DNA of 63,824 nt, filler included, from Octopus bimaculoides (GCF_001194135.2; 6 parts of 6 records of this genome joined end to end with filler, not necessarily neighbours in it), one strand, 5' to 3'; shown: positions 52,430-63,824, counted from the first letter of the whole stretch. Translations and numbers: made by a program. Notes: generated by a model from the sequence alone, not told the origin.

Positions 52430-53225
52430 CATCACCATCATCATTATTTAACATCCATTTTCCATGCTGGTATAGGTTAGGTGGTGGAGGCGCAATGGCC
52501 TAGTGGTTAGGGCAGCAGACTCACGGTCATAAGATCACGGTTTCGATTCCCAGACCCGGCGTTGTGAGTGTTTATTGAGCGAAAACACCTAAAGCTCCAT
52601 GAGGCTCCGGCAGGGGATGGTGGCAAACCCTGCTGTACTCTTTCACCACAACTTTCTCTCACTCTTTCTTCCTGTTTCTGTTGTACCTGTATTTCAAAGG
52701 GCCAGCCTTGTTACACTTTGTGTCACGCTGAATATCCCCGAGGACTACGTTAAGGGTACACGTGCCTGTGGAGTGCTCAATCACTTGCACGTTAATTTCA
52801 CGAGCAAGCTGTTCCATTCATCGGATCAACTAGAACCCTCGACGTCGTAAGCGACGGAGTGCCAACAAAAACAACAATAGGTTAGATGGTTTGACTGGAG
52901 GTGGTAAGCTGAAGATCTGTACTGGCTTCAGTTTGTTCTGACTCCATTTCTATGGCTAGATGCCCTTCCTAATACCAACCACTCCACAGAGTGTATTGGG
53001 TGCCTTTTACATGTCTCCGACACTGGTGCCATTCATGCATCACCGGCACTGGCCACGACTATGATTTCACTTAGCTTGATATGTCTTCTCAAGCACAACA
53101 ATTTGCTGGAGGTCTCAGTCACTTGTCATTGCCTCTGTGAGACTCAACACTTGAAAATCACATTTCACCACCTTATCCCACACCTTCCTGGCTCTACTTC
53201 TTCTACAGGTTCCTCCCACATGATC
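52430..53225 (-). mobile_element. RTE LINE 3' end, split by a SINE C insertion
   Basis: (GAT)n tail and CTGTAGAAGAAG..CCAGGAAGGTGTGGGAT..GGTGGTGAAA, homologous to the end of the RTE at 57380-57480. Confidence 0.65.
52481..52876 (+). mobile_element. SINE family C, full length, 9-bp TSD ATAGGTTAG
   Basis: TSD at 52472-52480 and 52877-52885; tRNA head; (CAA)n tail. Confidence 0.93.
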
Positions 53226-53252
53226 TAGCTGATTTGAAGATGAATATGCTAA

Positions 53253-53375
53253 TCACTGTTGTGATTCATCATAGGGGGACAGCTTCTCCTTTATGACAAA
53301 TATGTGTTCAAAGAACTCTTGATTCATGAGTACAAGCACTTGTGTCTCATCAGTAATATATATATTTGTACTTGC
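53253..53375 (-). CDS. Candidate terminal exon, phase 0 (ASTNIYITDETQVLVLMNQEFFEHIFVIKEKLSPYDESQQ*)
   Basis: Phase matches the upstream candidate; the acceptor CACAAACAG is weak. Confidence 0.3.
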   Translation of the reverse strand, partial: ASTNIYITDETQVLVLMNQEFFEHIFVIKEKLSPYDESQQ

Positions 53376-53551
53376 CTGTTTGTGTTTATAGTTGTGTTTA
53401 TGTATGTGTGTGTGTCTATGTAGACATACAGTGTTATAAATGTATATTTTTGCAACACTGCACTTTCTATCAGCCAAAGAGTCTACTAACTGCATAAATG
53501 CATATCTAATCTCCTTACACCATCCCCTACACTGTCCCACACATTAATTAC

Positions 53552-53635
53552 CAATAGTCTCATTCTGGTTGAATAAAAATATTTGCACTGATGAATGCAT
53601 GATGCACTGTTTTTGAAACATAATTTACCAAGAAA
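53552..53635 (-). CDS. Candidate exon, 84 nt, phase 0-0 (FLGKLCFKNSASCIHQCKYFYSTRMRLL); alternative in-phase donor at 53519
   Basis: Acceptor AACTGTCTCAG, donor G|GTAATT or T|GTAAGG; phase-compatible with 54134-54249. Confidence 0.4.
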
Positions 53636-53641
53636 CTGAGA

Positions 53642-53687
<46 letters not shown>

Positions 53688-54133
53688 NNNNNNNNNNNNN
53701 NNNNNNNNNNNNNNNNNNNNNNNNNNNNNNNTTAATTAATTAANNNNNNNNNNNNNNNNNNNNNNNNNNNNNNNNNNNNNNNNNNNNTATATATATATAT
53801 ATATACACATAACATGAAGGGATGATAAGGAACACGTGAAATTGTTCAAGATAAACAATTACACACTATTTCACTTGATAAGTAAATCCCAAGTTTGCTT
53901 CCTAAAATTTTATATAGTATATTTTATACAGATGATAATGATGATAGAGAGTGTATATTCAAGACATTATAAATAAGAATGGTGAACTATATGTCCTCCA
54001 AAACTTGTTTATTACAATATCATATACTGTGTAATTATCTATTCTCATTTATAATGCCTTGTGTGTGTGTGTGTGTGTGTGTGTATACACACTTGTATAC
54101 ATGCGTGAATATACAGACATATCAGGAATCTAC

Positions 54134-54249
54134 CTTTAATTTAATGCAAGAATCTATGAGAGTGCTCCACAAACTTGGCTTAGAGTCAAATGATTTATAA
54201 TGTAAATGAACAGAATAAAACAAGCCAAATACAAAGATACTACACTGTA
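54134..54249 (-). CDS. Candidate exon, 116 nt, phase 1-0 (xQCSIFVFGLFYSVHLHYKSFDSKPSLWSTLIDSCIKLK)
   Basis: Acceptor GTTTTCTGCAG, donor AAG|GTAGAT; only this frame is open across the exon. Confidence 0.55.
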
Positions 54250-54268
54250 CTGCAGAAAACATGCATTA

Positions 54269-54429
54269 AAGCTTAACCAATATGGTATGTATAGACAGAT
54301 GTAAACATCTTGTTTGTTTGTACAATGTCTTCATGAACAGGGAAACAGCAATCAGCTGGAGTGGATTCATTAGCAACTGGGGACATTTTTTAACTGTCCA
54401 CTGAAATACTGCTAATAAATCCACTATTA
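54269..54429 (-). CDS. Candidate exon or open frame (xIVDLLAVFQWTVKKCPQLLMNPLQLIAVSLFMKTLYKQTR...), 3' boundary uncertain
   Basis: Acceptor AAACCTTTAG, phase 1, 53 open codons in the same frame as 54134-54249; no strong donor. Confidence 0.45.
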
Positions 54430-54544
54430 CTAAAGGTTTAAGTGAATTAGATACATCAATTTGTTAATGTAATGCTTTATTGCGAAATAGTTTAATAAAT
54501 TTATGTTTTTTTTTTTTTTCTTTTCAACAAAATATACGTTGCTA

Positions 54545-54730
54545 TAGGCTACAGAATATCTTTATCTTTTATCTTTTGTTTCAGTTATTAGACTATGGCC
54601 ATGTTGGGACATTGCCTTAAAGAATTTTAGTCAACCAAATTGACCCCAGCACTTATTTTTTAAAGCCTGGTACTTATTCTATTGATCTCTTTTACCAAAC
54701 TGCTAAGTTACAGGGATGTAAACACACTAA
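54545..54730 (-). mobile_element. SINE family A, 3' part
   Basis: Reverse complement of the family A tail. Confidence 0.75.
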
Positions 54731-55184
54731 CATTACTACAGAATATATCTATCAATACTATAGAATATATCTATTAAATATATATTTTATAGCATTAGTA
54801 GATATCTTCTACAGCAATGATAGATATATTCTATATATTTATTGACATATCCTGTATATATTTAAAGAGGGCACATATTAACTGAGAGCACTTATTAACT
54901 GTGGATAATTAAAGAGGGTACTGGTTAACTGATGAAATCTCAATACAAGATTGAATCTTGTCTGGTTGATCACTCTTTTCCTTTCCATGATGATACTGTA
55001 TATATAGACAGGATGTTTACATCTACCTGTACTTACAGTGTTGGTCAGAAATCTATATGTATTACAGTATAGCACCAGAATAAAATACTATTAAGAAACT
55101 ACTAATTAATTGCTGACACACAGATACACGCACACACGTGTGTGTGTATGTGTGTGTGTGCGTGTGTGTATGTCTGTGTGTGTG

Positions 55185-56086
55185 TACAAGACACATTCAA
55201 AAAGCATCTGACTTTGCTTTTTCCCAATCAAAACTAAAGCAGCATGGACAAAATCTTTTGGGTGGGAGGTGACACCACCCTTCCTGCATGTGCAAAAATT
55301 TTCATGCCAGTAAGCAACATCAGTTCCTAGATGTTACAAATAGAGTACAGACATGTAGTGCATACTTGTTAGATTTTTCATTTTCATGCAAGATGACCAA
55401 ACACATTGACTTGAGACCATAAACCCATATCTCCTTGCCAGTGATGATGGTCTTCATGAGGTCTGGGTTGTAGTTTGCAGAGTCCAGCATATCCTGAATG
55501 ATGACCATGCAAAGTTGCTATTGCTATTCTGCCAGCACCTCGGGGACAAATTTCACAGACACTCTCCGCATGCACAAATCCTCTGTTAAAATGGAATGCA
55601 CTCAACCTTTGGCTATTCTCACTTCATGAAAAGTTTCCCGGATTGTTACACAATGGTCCTCCATGACTATTCACTGAACCTTTTCAAACAGGTCCTCATT
55701 TCGGATTGTGGATAGCATGCCTGAGTGTGCCTAGCTCTCCACTGAAGTACAGCCATCTTTAAAGCAGTTGTACCAATAAAGGATTGGTACAACTAAGTTT
55801 TGTTGAATCTTCTGGATGATTTGAACTTGAGTATCACCAAGCTGTTAGCAAAAGTTGATGCGATATCTCTGCTTGTTGTGGTCAGTCAAAATGAAAATCC
55901 AACAAGTGTGCACTACATGTCCATACTCTAGGCATAATAGCCAGGAACTGAAGTAGTCTACTGGTGCAAAAATTTTCAAGTATGTGCAGGAAGGGTAGTG
56001 TCACTTCCCGCCCAAAGGGTTTTGTCCACATAACATTAGTTTTGGCAGGAAAAAATAAAGTTACATACTTTTTGAATGCACTCATA
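55185..56086 (-). mobile_element. Mariner derivative with ~220-bp inverted termini and a partial transposase
   Basis: TA at both ends; arms 55187-~55410 and ~55880-56084 align in inverse orientation. Coding QRYRINFC*QLGDTQVQIIQKIQQ..DMLDSANYNPDLMKTIITGKEIWVYG stops at the first catalytic-Asp motif. Confidence 0.88.
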
Positions 56087-56164
56087 TATATGAACATACA
56101 TACAGACATGTATGTAGATATATGTATACATATTTACACTACACACACACACACATCATCATCA

Positions 56165-56325
56165 TCTGAGTGGTTGGCGTTAGGAAGGGCATCCAGCTGT
56201 AGAAACTCTGCCAAATTAGACTGGAGCCTGGTGTTGCCATCCGGTTTCACCAGTCCTCAGTCAAATCGTCCAACCCATGCTAGCATGGAAAGCGGACGTT
56301 AAACGATGATGATGATGATGATGAT
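56165..56325 (+). mobile_element. SINE/RTE 3' tail
   Basis: TTGGCGTTAGGAAGGGCATCCAGCTGTAGAAAC..GGACGTTAAACGATGATGATG. Confidence 0.75.
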
Positions 56326-56434
56326 ACCCTGAAAAACTGACTAATCAATATCATTGGACAGTAGCTGACATAACTTTATAAGAACTTTATTTGCATACAC
56401 CTAATGTTACCATAAATTTAAAAGGTGTATATAT

Positions 56435-56478
<44 letters not shown>

Positions 56479-56699
56479 ATGATGATGATACAGACATGTA
56501 TGTAGATATATGTATACATATTTACACTACACACACACACACATATATATNNNNNNNNNNNNNNNNNNNNNNNNNNNNNNNNNNNNNNNNNNNNNNNNNN
56601 NNNNNNNNNNNNNNNNNNNNNNNNNNNNNNNNNNNNNNNNNNNNNNNNNNNNTGTATATATATATATAGATTATATATATATATTATATATTACATATA

Positions 56700-58058
56700 T
56701 ATATATAGAGGAAGGTAGACAAACAACAAACCCCTTCAGGTAGAAGGCCCATCTCGATCTGTAGAAAAGGCATAGGTAAAAACTCTATAAGATGTACCCA
56801 GAGTAAGCTATGGACACATAAGAGGTGCAGCAATATCAAAGGAAGGCTAACTAGCAAGATAGTTTTAGTATGTGGCAGATGCTGAGACAATAAACACTGA
56901 AAATGTGGAGAGAACAACTTCTGCCACATTCCAGGGAGAAAAACTAGAAGTAATTGATAGCTTCCGTTACCTAGGTGACCAAGTCAGTAGCGGGGGCGGG
57001 AACACTGAAAGTGTAGCTACTAGAATAAGAATGGCCTGGGCAAAGTTCAGAGAGCTCTAGCCTCTGCTAGTGACAAAGGGCCTCTCTCTCAGAGTAAAAG
57101 GCAGACTGTATGACGCATGTGTGCGAACAGCCATGCTACATAGCAGTGAAACATGGGCCGTGACTGCTGAGGACATGCGTAAGTTCACAAGGAAGGAAGC
57201 CAGTATGCTCCAATGGATGTGTAATGTCAGTGTGCATACTCGACAGAGTGTAAGTACCTTGAGAGAAAAGTTGAACCTAAGAAGCATCAGTTGTGTTGTG
57301 CAAGAGAGACGATTAGTCATTTGGCAAGAATGGATGAGGATAGCTGTGTGAAAAAGTTCCACAGCCTAGCGGTTGAGGGTACCTGTGGAAGAGGTAGACC
57401 CAGGAAGACCTGGGATGAGGTGGTGAAGCATGACCTTCGAACATTAGGCTTCATCGAAGCAATGACTAGTGACTGAAACCTTTGGAAATATGCTGTGCGT
57501 GAGAAGACCCGGCAAGACAAGTGAGACCATAAGCTGTGGCCTTTACCAGGGGAGTAGCCAGCCCACTTATACATATCTTTCCTTCTTTGGACATAAAACC
57601 TTGCTTGCGAAGACCTGTTGAGGCACTTGAAATCAAAACTGAAATCGAATCAAATTCGATGACTGGCACCTACACCAGCCTTCCTTCATTGGACACTAAA
57701 CTCTGCTTGCGAAGACCTGTTGGGGTAAGTGAAATCGTAACTGAACCAAATTCGATGACTGGCACCCGTGCCAGTGGAGCGCGAACAGCACTGTCCGAGC
57801 GGGATCACTGCCAGAGCAGCGGTCTGGCTTCCGTGTCGGTGGCATGTAAAAAAACACCATTTGAGCGTGATCGTTACAAGCGTCGCCTCACTGGCACTTG
57901 TGTCGGTGGCATGTGAACAAAACATTCGAGCCAGGTTGTTGCCAGCGCCGCTGGACTGACTCCTGTACAGGTGGCTTGTAAAAACACCATTTGAGCGTAG
58001 CCATTGCCAGTACCGCCTTACTGGTCCTCATGCCAGTGGCACGTAAAAGCACCCACTA
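56700..58058 (+). mobile_element. RTE-clade LINE, 3' third plus 3' UTR
   Basis: ICRKGIGKNSIRC..WTHKRCS, LEVIDSFRYLGD, RIRMAWAKFREL, KGRLYDACVRTAMLHSSETW and GRGRPRKTWDEVVKHDL; few lesions. Confidence 0.92.
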
Positions 58059-59067
58059 CNNNNNNNNNNNNNNNNNNNNNNNNNNNNNNNNNNNNNNNNN
58101 NNNNNNNNNNNNNNNNNNNNNNNNNNNNNNNNNNNNNNNNNNNNNNNNNNNNNNNNNNNNNNNNNNNNNNNNNNNNNNNNNNNNNNNNNNNNNNNNNNNN
58201 NNNNNNNNNNNNNNNNNNNNNNNNNNNNNNNNNNNNNNNNNNNNNNNNNNNNNNNNNNNNNNNNNNNNNNNNNNNNNNNNNNNNNNNNNNNNNNNNNNNN
58301 NNNNNNNNNNNNNNNNNNNNNNNNNNNNNNNNNNNNNNNNNNNNNNNNNNNNNNGATGATGATGATGATGATGATGATACTCATACACACACACACACAC
58401 ACTATTGTGTCTGGGGAGAGTCATTCACTTTTAGTGCCTTATAATTTAATACACTCATCAGAAAAATTTCCACTTATTTCCTTCCTTATTTTTGTAAAAA
58501 TTCTGTTGTGTCTTGCAACCTTTTCAATAGATTTGACTGTGCGTTATTCACACTGCATTCCTTTTTGTTTGTTTGTGCACATGTGTGTGGGTTAGCATGT
58601 GTCTGTGCATATACATGCATGTATGTATATATGTATGCACGTGTGTGTATGCATGTATTTATGTATGTGTGTGTGTACATGTGTATGTATGTATTCTGCA
58701 TATTCATGTGTTTGCGTGTCCATGTTTGCGAGTCCGTGTTTGTGTAACTCTGTCTCCTTGTGTGTGCATGTCTGAGTGTGTGTGTGTGTGTTTTTCAACT
58801 ATGTCCTGTGTTTGTATGTAAAGTGTGTGTCTATATATAGTCATGTGTTTCAGTCTTCAGTTGTGTATGTGTGCTTGTCTGTTCATATAACCTATGTACC
58901 TATCCGTCTGTATGTTGATCTGTTTACTTTCATATCCATATGCTTACATACATGTGCATATACATATATATGCATACACTCACACACACACATCCATCCA
59001 TCTACATAACAACCCACTAACTATTCTACTCTACCTGTGTAAACTGGGTATGGGGGTATGATATCTA

Positions 59068-59440
59068 TTATGTATATTTCCTATTTAGTATTGGGGATGT
59101 TTCATTTATGAGGACGTACTCCTGTATTTGTCTGAGTGTTGGGATCTTTGGGTGCGTAGATAAGATTCTAATGTCAAGTTGACCCAGATTGCCTCCATGT
59201 TGGTCCTTGGCATGTTGGTAGAGTATGGCAGACTGTTTTTTGTCGTCATATTGTCTCAAATGTTCATTTAGTCATTCCGCAATGCTCCTAGATGTCTCCC
59301 CTATGTATGTCATGTTCATATCTTTACAAGCACCTTCTATGCATCTTATGCTGTAAACTACATTTCTAGTTCTACAGTTAATGCCAAGGCTAATCCTACA
59401 TACCATGCAGTTATCATTGGTGCAATCCAGCTGTTCTTTC
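59068..59440 (-). mobile_element. Penelope-like GIY-YIG endonuclease remnant
   Basis: NCRTRNVVYSIRC..TYIGETSRSIAE*LNEHLRQ..PTLRQIQEYVLINETSPILNRK. Confidence 0.82.
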
Positions 59441-59784
59441 ACACAAAATTTTGTCTATCTTTAAACCATGACCCTGAATTAAGTTATATATAAGAAAATT
59501 GTTATTGTGTATGTAAATCAGAAAATGTATATAAGTCGAAACAATTTGTTGGCCTTTTATGGTTTTTTAATAATTGTTTATGCTATATTATATTCATAGT
59601 ATATCATGTAATATTATAATATAAATACATTATTGGATTGTCAATAGTATCTCTCTATTTAATTTATCTTTGTAATTGCATTATACCCATATTTATATGG
59701 TATTCAACTGACGTACCAGTGAACTGGATGTTTAACACACCCCTTTGAAGGATCTCTTTTCCTCAGTTACAATATACATTATAT

Positions 59785-60305
59785 ATATGCCCGGCGTTGC
59801 CTGGGATTAAGCTAGGATTATTAAGGGATTAAGTGCTTTATTTCAAACCAAAATAAGTAACATCGACATCAGATCTGAGTGAAATCCGTTGAAATTGGTT
59901 TGGCTGAAAATGGTTTGCTGACAATTTGATTGGGAAATCCCATAAGGAATTAGTTTATCGGTTATTTCCACTCATTGACTGCTTTTTTTAAAGTTGCATT
60001 AGAGATATGCATAGGAGAAGGTTGATCTGAAGATTTGCATTGGGGATCTGGATTGGAGTAACTTAGGAAAACTTACCAACAGCCTTAACCAAAAAATAAG
60101 GGGCCTGTCCCTTCTAGGTTAACTCTATGAGCAACTTAGCCAATTACTGATATCAGCTGAGTGAGAATATGGAAAACATATTTTTAAATCTCAAATTTAC
60201 CATGAAAAACTACAGCTAAATTTTTAGATAACACTCGCATGATTTTCACTAAGAAAAAATAAATCGGATTTTTTTGTGTGGAATCAACTACCCTGGTCTA
60301 CTAAT
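59785..60305. mobile_element. Possible non-autonomous Helitron/Helentron-like element
   Basis: Begins GCCCGGCGTTGCCTGGG, a subterminal palindrome of the kind seen in such elements; no other support. Confidence 0.3.
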
Positions 60306-60639
60306 ATACTACTAATAAATATATTTTAATTGTTGTGAGAAAGTATATATATATAATATAGTGTCTTTAAATATATTTTAATTGTTGTGTGAGAAAGTAT
60401 ATATAATATAGTGTCTTTCAAAAACATCCTATATTTGAAACTATATCTCATGTTTAAGAAAAAAAAAAGCATTTTACATTTTCATTTTTGATGAACGCTG
60501 ACACTGTCTTCCTTACTCACACCTACCTTTTCTTTCATTNNNNNNNNNNNNNNNNNNNNNNNNNNNNNNNNNNNNNNNNNNNNTTAATTAATTAANNNNN
60601 NNNNNNNNNNNNNNNNNNNNNNNNNNNNNNNNNNNNNNN

Positions 60640-60800
60640 GTGTTTAGGTCCCCCGTAACTTAGCGGTTCGGCAAAAGAGACCGATAGAATAATACTAGGC
60701 TTCCAAAGAATAAATCCTGGGGTCAATTTGCTCGACTAAAGGCGGTGCTCCAGCATGGCCACAGTCAAATGACTGAAACAAGTAAAAGAGTAAAAGAGTA
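60640..60800 (+). mobile_element. SINE family A, 3' half
   Basis: CGTAACTTAGCGGTTCGGCAAAAGAGACCGATAGAAT..GAAACAAGTAAAAGAGT. Confidence 0.9.
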
Positions 60801-60902
60801 ATAAAGAATTGTGTAAAACCAGCCATCTTCTCTTTGCTCCAGGATAGAAATGAAGGTTTTCAATTATCATTGAAATAACAGAAGTGCTAAAAGAAATGTT
60901 AC

Positions 60903-60949
60903 GAAAAAAATCTGCCATTTGAGAAGGGTAAATTTTATGGCACAGTTTG
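60903..60949 (-). CDS. Candidate exon, phase 2 start (xKLCHKIYPSQMADFF...), 3' boundary uncertain
   Basis: Acceptor TCTTCTGTCTTGAAATTGCAG; phase matches the donor at 62292; the frame stays open about 30 further codons into a SINE; donor C|GTAACA would give phase 1. Confidence 0.4.
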
Positions 60950-61174
60950 CTGCAATTTCAAGACAGAAGACAAATAAAACACTGGTTGAAATAGACATAC
61001 TTTTTTTCCCATACACTTGTGTTTCAGTATATGGAATATCTACGATAATAATACTCTTGTGTATTTCTCCGTCACAACATATGAAGGAGAAAGGAAGGGG
61101 GTGATAGATGAATAAGGAAGGAAGGAGTGATGGCAAACTTGGTAGTAGGACGATGGAAGTTCTACGGTGATAAC

Positions 61175-61241
61175 AAAAATCAAACAGCGTTTCAACTCTG
61201 CATGTGTATATGTGTGTGTATGTAAAAAGGAGTCATGTGAA

Positions 61242-61285
<44 letters not shown>

Positions 61286-61540
61286 TGTGCGTGCAATAGA
61301 AGTGGGATGGTGAACATTCAAAGTTGAAAAGAAAAATCAAACAGTGTTTCAACTCTGCATGAGTATATGTGTGTGTATGTAAAAGGGAGTCATGTGAATG
61401 TTTGTGTGTGTGTGTGTGTGCAATAGAAATGAGATGGTGAACATTCAACGTTGAAAAGAAAAATCAAATAGCGTTTCAACTCTGTGTGAGTATGTGTGTG
61501 CATGTACAAGGGAAGTATATGAATGTTTGTATGTGTGATT
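61175..61540. repeat. Three tandem copies of a ~130-155-bp unit containing a variable (GT)n
   Basis: AAAATCAAA.AG.GTTTCAACTCTG starts near 61175, 61332 and 61458. Confidence 0.9.
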
Positions 61541-62291
61541 ATTATGTCCCTTATTTATATATAAAATACTACAATTAGCCATCATTTTTGATGACACGGG
61601 GCCAGCTAGTAGAAATATAAGGATGATGATCAGAGACAATGAAAATAATGTAGACCAGTGACTGGTTTGCAGAATGGATGGGTAGTTAATGCAGGAGTAT
61701 CAAAAAGTGAAATATGGTCAAGAGATGTCAAGACGGATTTGCAAGTCATAATGACTCCAAGGTCACACAGAGTTTTGCTCAGATGAATGAGACTGATGGT
61801 GCAGGGCTAAAGGCCTCATTGTTACATGCATGATAGTAAAAAAAAACCATTTAATTGATTTTTGCCATAAAGAAGATGAAATGCTAGGAAAGAAAAAGAG
61901 AAAGGAAAGCAGAGAAAAGCAGTAGGTCTCAGCTTCCAGATAACCATTAGTCACAGATCTGGAAATAGTAAATGATGTTGCCTCATGTCTGGTCCTAGAA
62001 GCAAATGAGCATACATGCACACTATCTTTTGATGGTAGCAACTAGAAGTACAACACCATCATCATATGATGAGAGGGAGGAGATGGAAGCTGGAGAAGAC
62101 AAGTAATAGAGTAAGTGTGAAGAGAAAATCCCCAGTCAAAAAGGGGTAAAAAAAAATAGGGTTCCTTCAAATGAAATACAAGAAAAGAAATTGGGCCACT
62201 GATATCAACCATTAGGTGCAAAGTGAGCTTCTTAACAACATAGTCATGAAATGTAAAAATTTGCTTCAAAATATGTTGGTCATTTGCTTAC

Positions 62292-62464
62292 CTCTTCATT
62301 GCAAAGGCTTCGTCAATTTCAAAGCCCTTGGAGTGTTTACTGGTTTTTAAATGGGTCTTTAGAGATTTTTCCAACCATATTTGAAACCATTCCAATTCCC
62401 AACGGTCAGATTTTGAACTTAACAGTTGGTTGATAAACTGCAGTTGGTTAGTAAAATACTTTTT
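62292..62464 (-). CDS. Internal coding exon, 173 nt, phase 0-2, unidentified protein (KKYFTNQLQFINQLLSSKSDRWELEWFQIWLEKSLKTHLKTSKHSKGFEIDEAFAMK)
   Basis: Strong acceptor TTTTTTTATTGCAG, strong donor AG|GTAAGC, a single open frame and non-repetitive composition. Confidence 0.7.
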
Positions 62465-62807
62465 CTGCAATAAAAAAAACATAATGAATCGCTTATCATT
62501 GAGTTGCAAAATTCTTTGTTCTTATGTAATGTGTCTTGAGAGAGGGGGAGGGGGGAGAAGGCAACAGAGAAAAATAATTGATGGTTAGAAAGAAAAAAAG
62601 ATAGATACATACATACATAGAAAGAAATAGATAGATAGATAGATACCGCCACGCTGAAAAATAGCAGTCAAATCTTGACTCTAAACCACAATAAATGTTC
62701 ATATTGANNNNNNNNNNNNNNNNNNNNNNNNNNNNNNNNNNNNNNNNNNNNTTAATTAATTAANNNNNNNNNNNNNNNNNNNNNNNNNNNNNNNNNNNNN
62801 NNNNNNN

Positions 62808-62837
<30 letters not shown>

Positions 62838-62842
<5 letters not shown>

Positions 62843-63053
62843 GCCCTGATGCAATACGAGGCACTTGCTGTCGTGGCTTCTGATCTTCATTGACTGAAAG
62901 TGTTATCATGTACATTGTTTTGTCTTGGTATAAAAGATGGGCTACAGTAAATATTCTGCTCAATACCACAGATTTTCTTGTCTGTTGTGTATATTGGGCT
63001 TCGGATATTCGTACCCCAGTGTCACTTTGATGGCATGCACTGCCCGCTCAAGC

Positions 63054-63054
<1 letters not shown>
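62838..63054. mobile_element. Short interspersed-repeat-like insert flanked by (TAA)n on both sides
   Basis: A ~215-bp complex sequence lies between two (AAT)n tracts; family not assigned. Confidence 0.5.
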
Positions 63055-63095
<41 letters not shown>

Positions 63096-63824
63096 TGTTA
63101 TTGTACTTGTTTGTTTTGACATTGTTTTGACATTGTTTTGACGTTGTTTGTAAAACATTTTAGACGAGCAAATTCTCTGACTTACGGAACGAAAGCAGCG
63201 GAGCAATATAAAAGCAAAAAACAACTGTGAGAATATGAAATGGCTGCAGGATTAAATTGGTTGCCAAAATAATGTTAGAAAATCCTCACCCATTCAGTTT
63301 ATTTAATATATATTCAAAGAATACGTGTGGTATATTCAATCTATTCACATTCAAAACCACGTAATACTTTATGCCATCTGTATCATTTGTCTAAAATGCA
63401 GAAATACCTTTAGTGTTGATGCATAAATGAACTTTCTTTCAATACCTAACTATCCTTTAAGTATATTGCAGTTCCAAGATGTGAAAAATAAATTATTTTA
63501 GACAGTTGGTATCTGGAAGTTCCTTAATGAATATTGATGGAAATGTCGCCAATAATGCACCGGTTGCGTTCTTTTATTCGCAATTACGAAAGACTCTAAT
63601 AGGAATTTATACACTTTACTGTCTCATCGGTTACAAGTTGAATATTTCAATTCATAACACAAACCGAGGATAACACCCACATTAATTGAATTAAAATCTA
63701 GAACTTTGTAGATATTACGGTACATGAAGACAATTCATGGCTAAAAGCAGCGAACTTTCAAAGAGGAATAATTATGATGAAACAGAAGGATACCAATGTA
63801 CTCCAAAAGGTATCGTCTCTTGTT

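Noticed and set aside
53315-53358. CUGAUGAG on the minus strand
   Set aside because: No GAAA follows a stem II; it lies within a candidate exon.
59515-59552. CAGAAAA..GUCGAAACAAUUUGUU near the PLE fragment
   Set aside because: Two core mismatches, no stem II, and opposite strand to the PLE ORF.
54380-60949. Faint remembered resemblance of PSQMADFF..KKCPQLL to FANCA
   Set aside because: Only a few residues, dependent on an assumed splice, and the flanking exons do not match; no gene symbol assigned.

Overview
AT-rich, microsatellite-saturated animal genomic DNA with many N gaps. The SINE families and (AT)n/(CA)n density point to a coleoid cephalopod, probably Octopus; this is recognition from memory and was not tested. 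Most of the supplied ORFs are artefacts of simple repeats or gaps. The window is mostly decayed transposons: at least five tRNA-headed SINE families, RTE, CR1-like, HERO-like and R4/Dong-like LINE remnants, four Penelope-like (PLE) fragments, three mariner derivatives and an internally deleted Gypsy-like LTR element. A spliced protein-coding gene of unknown identity probably runs on the minus strand, with its best exon at 62292-62464 and further phase-compatible exons at 53-61 kb. The most distinctive signal is a set of minimal type I hammerhead-ribozyme motifs from three or four unrelated repeat families. One sits in the 3' tail of a tRNA-headed SINE, and one family has an unusual CUGUUGA core in two copies. 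Five TTAATTAATTAA spacers are assembly linkers, so adjacency across them is not proven. Repeat boundaries are approximate unless a TSD or TIR is quoted.
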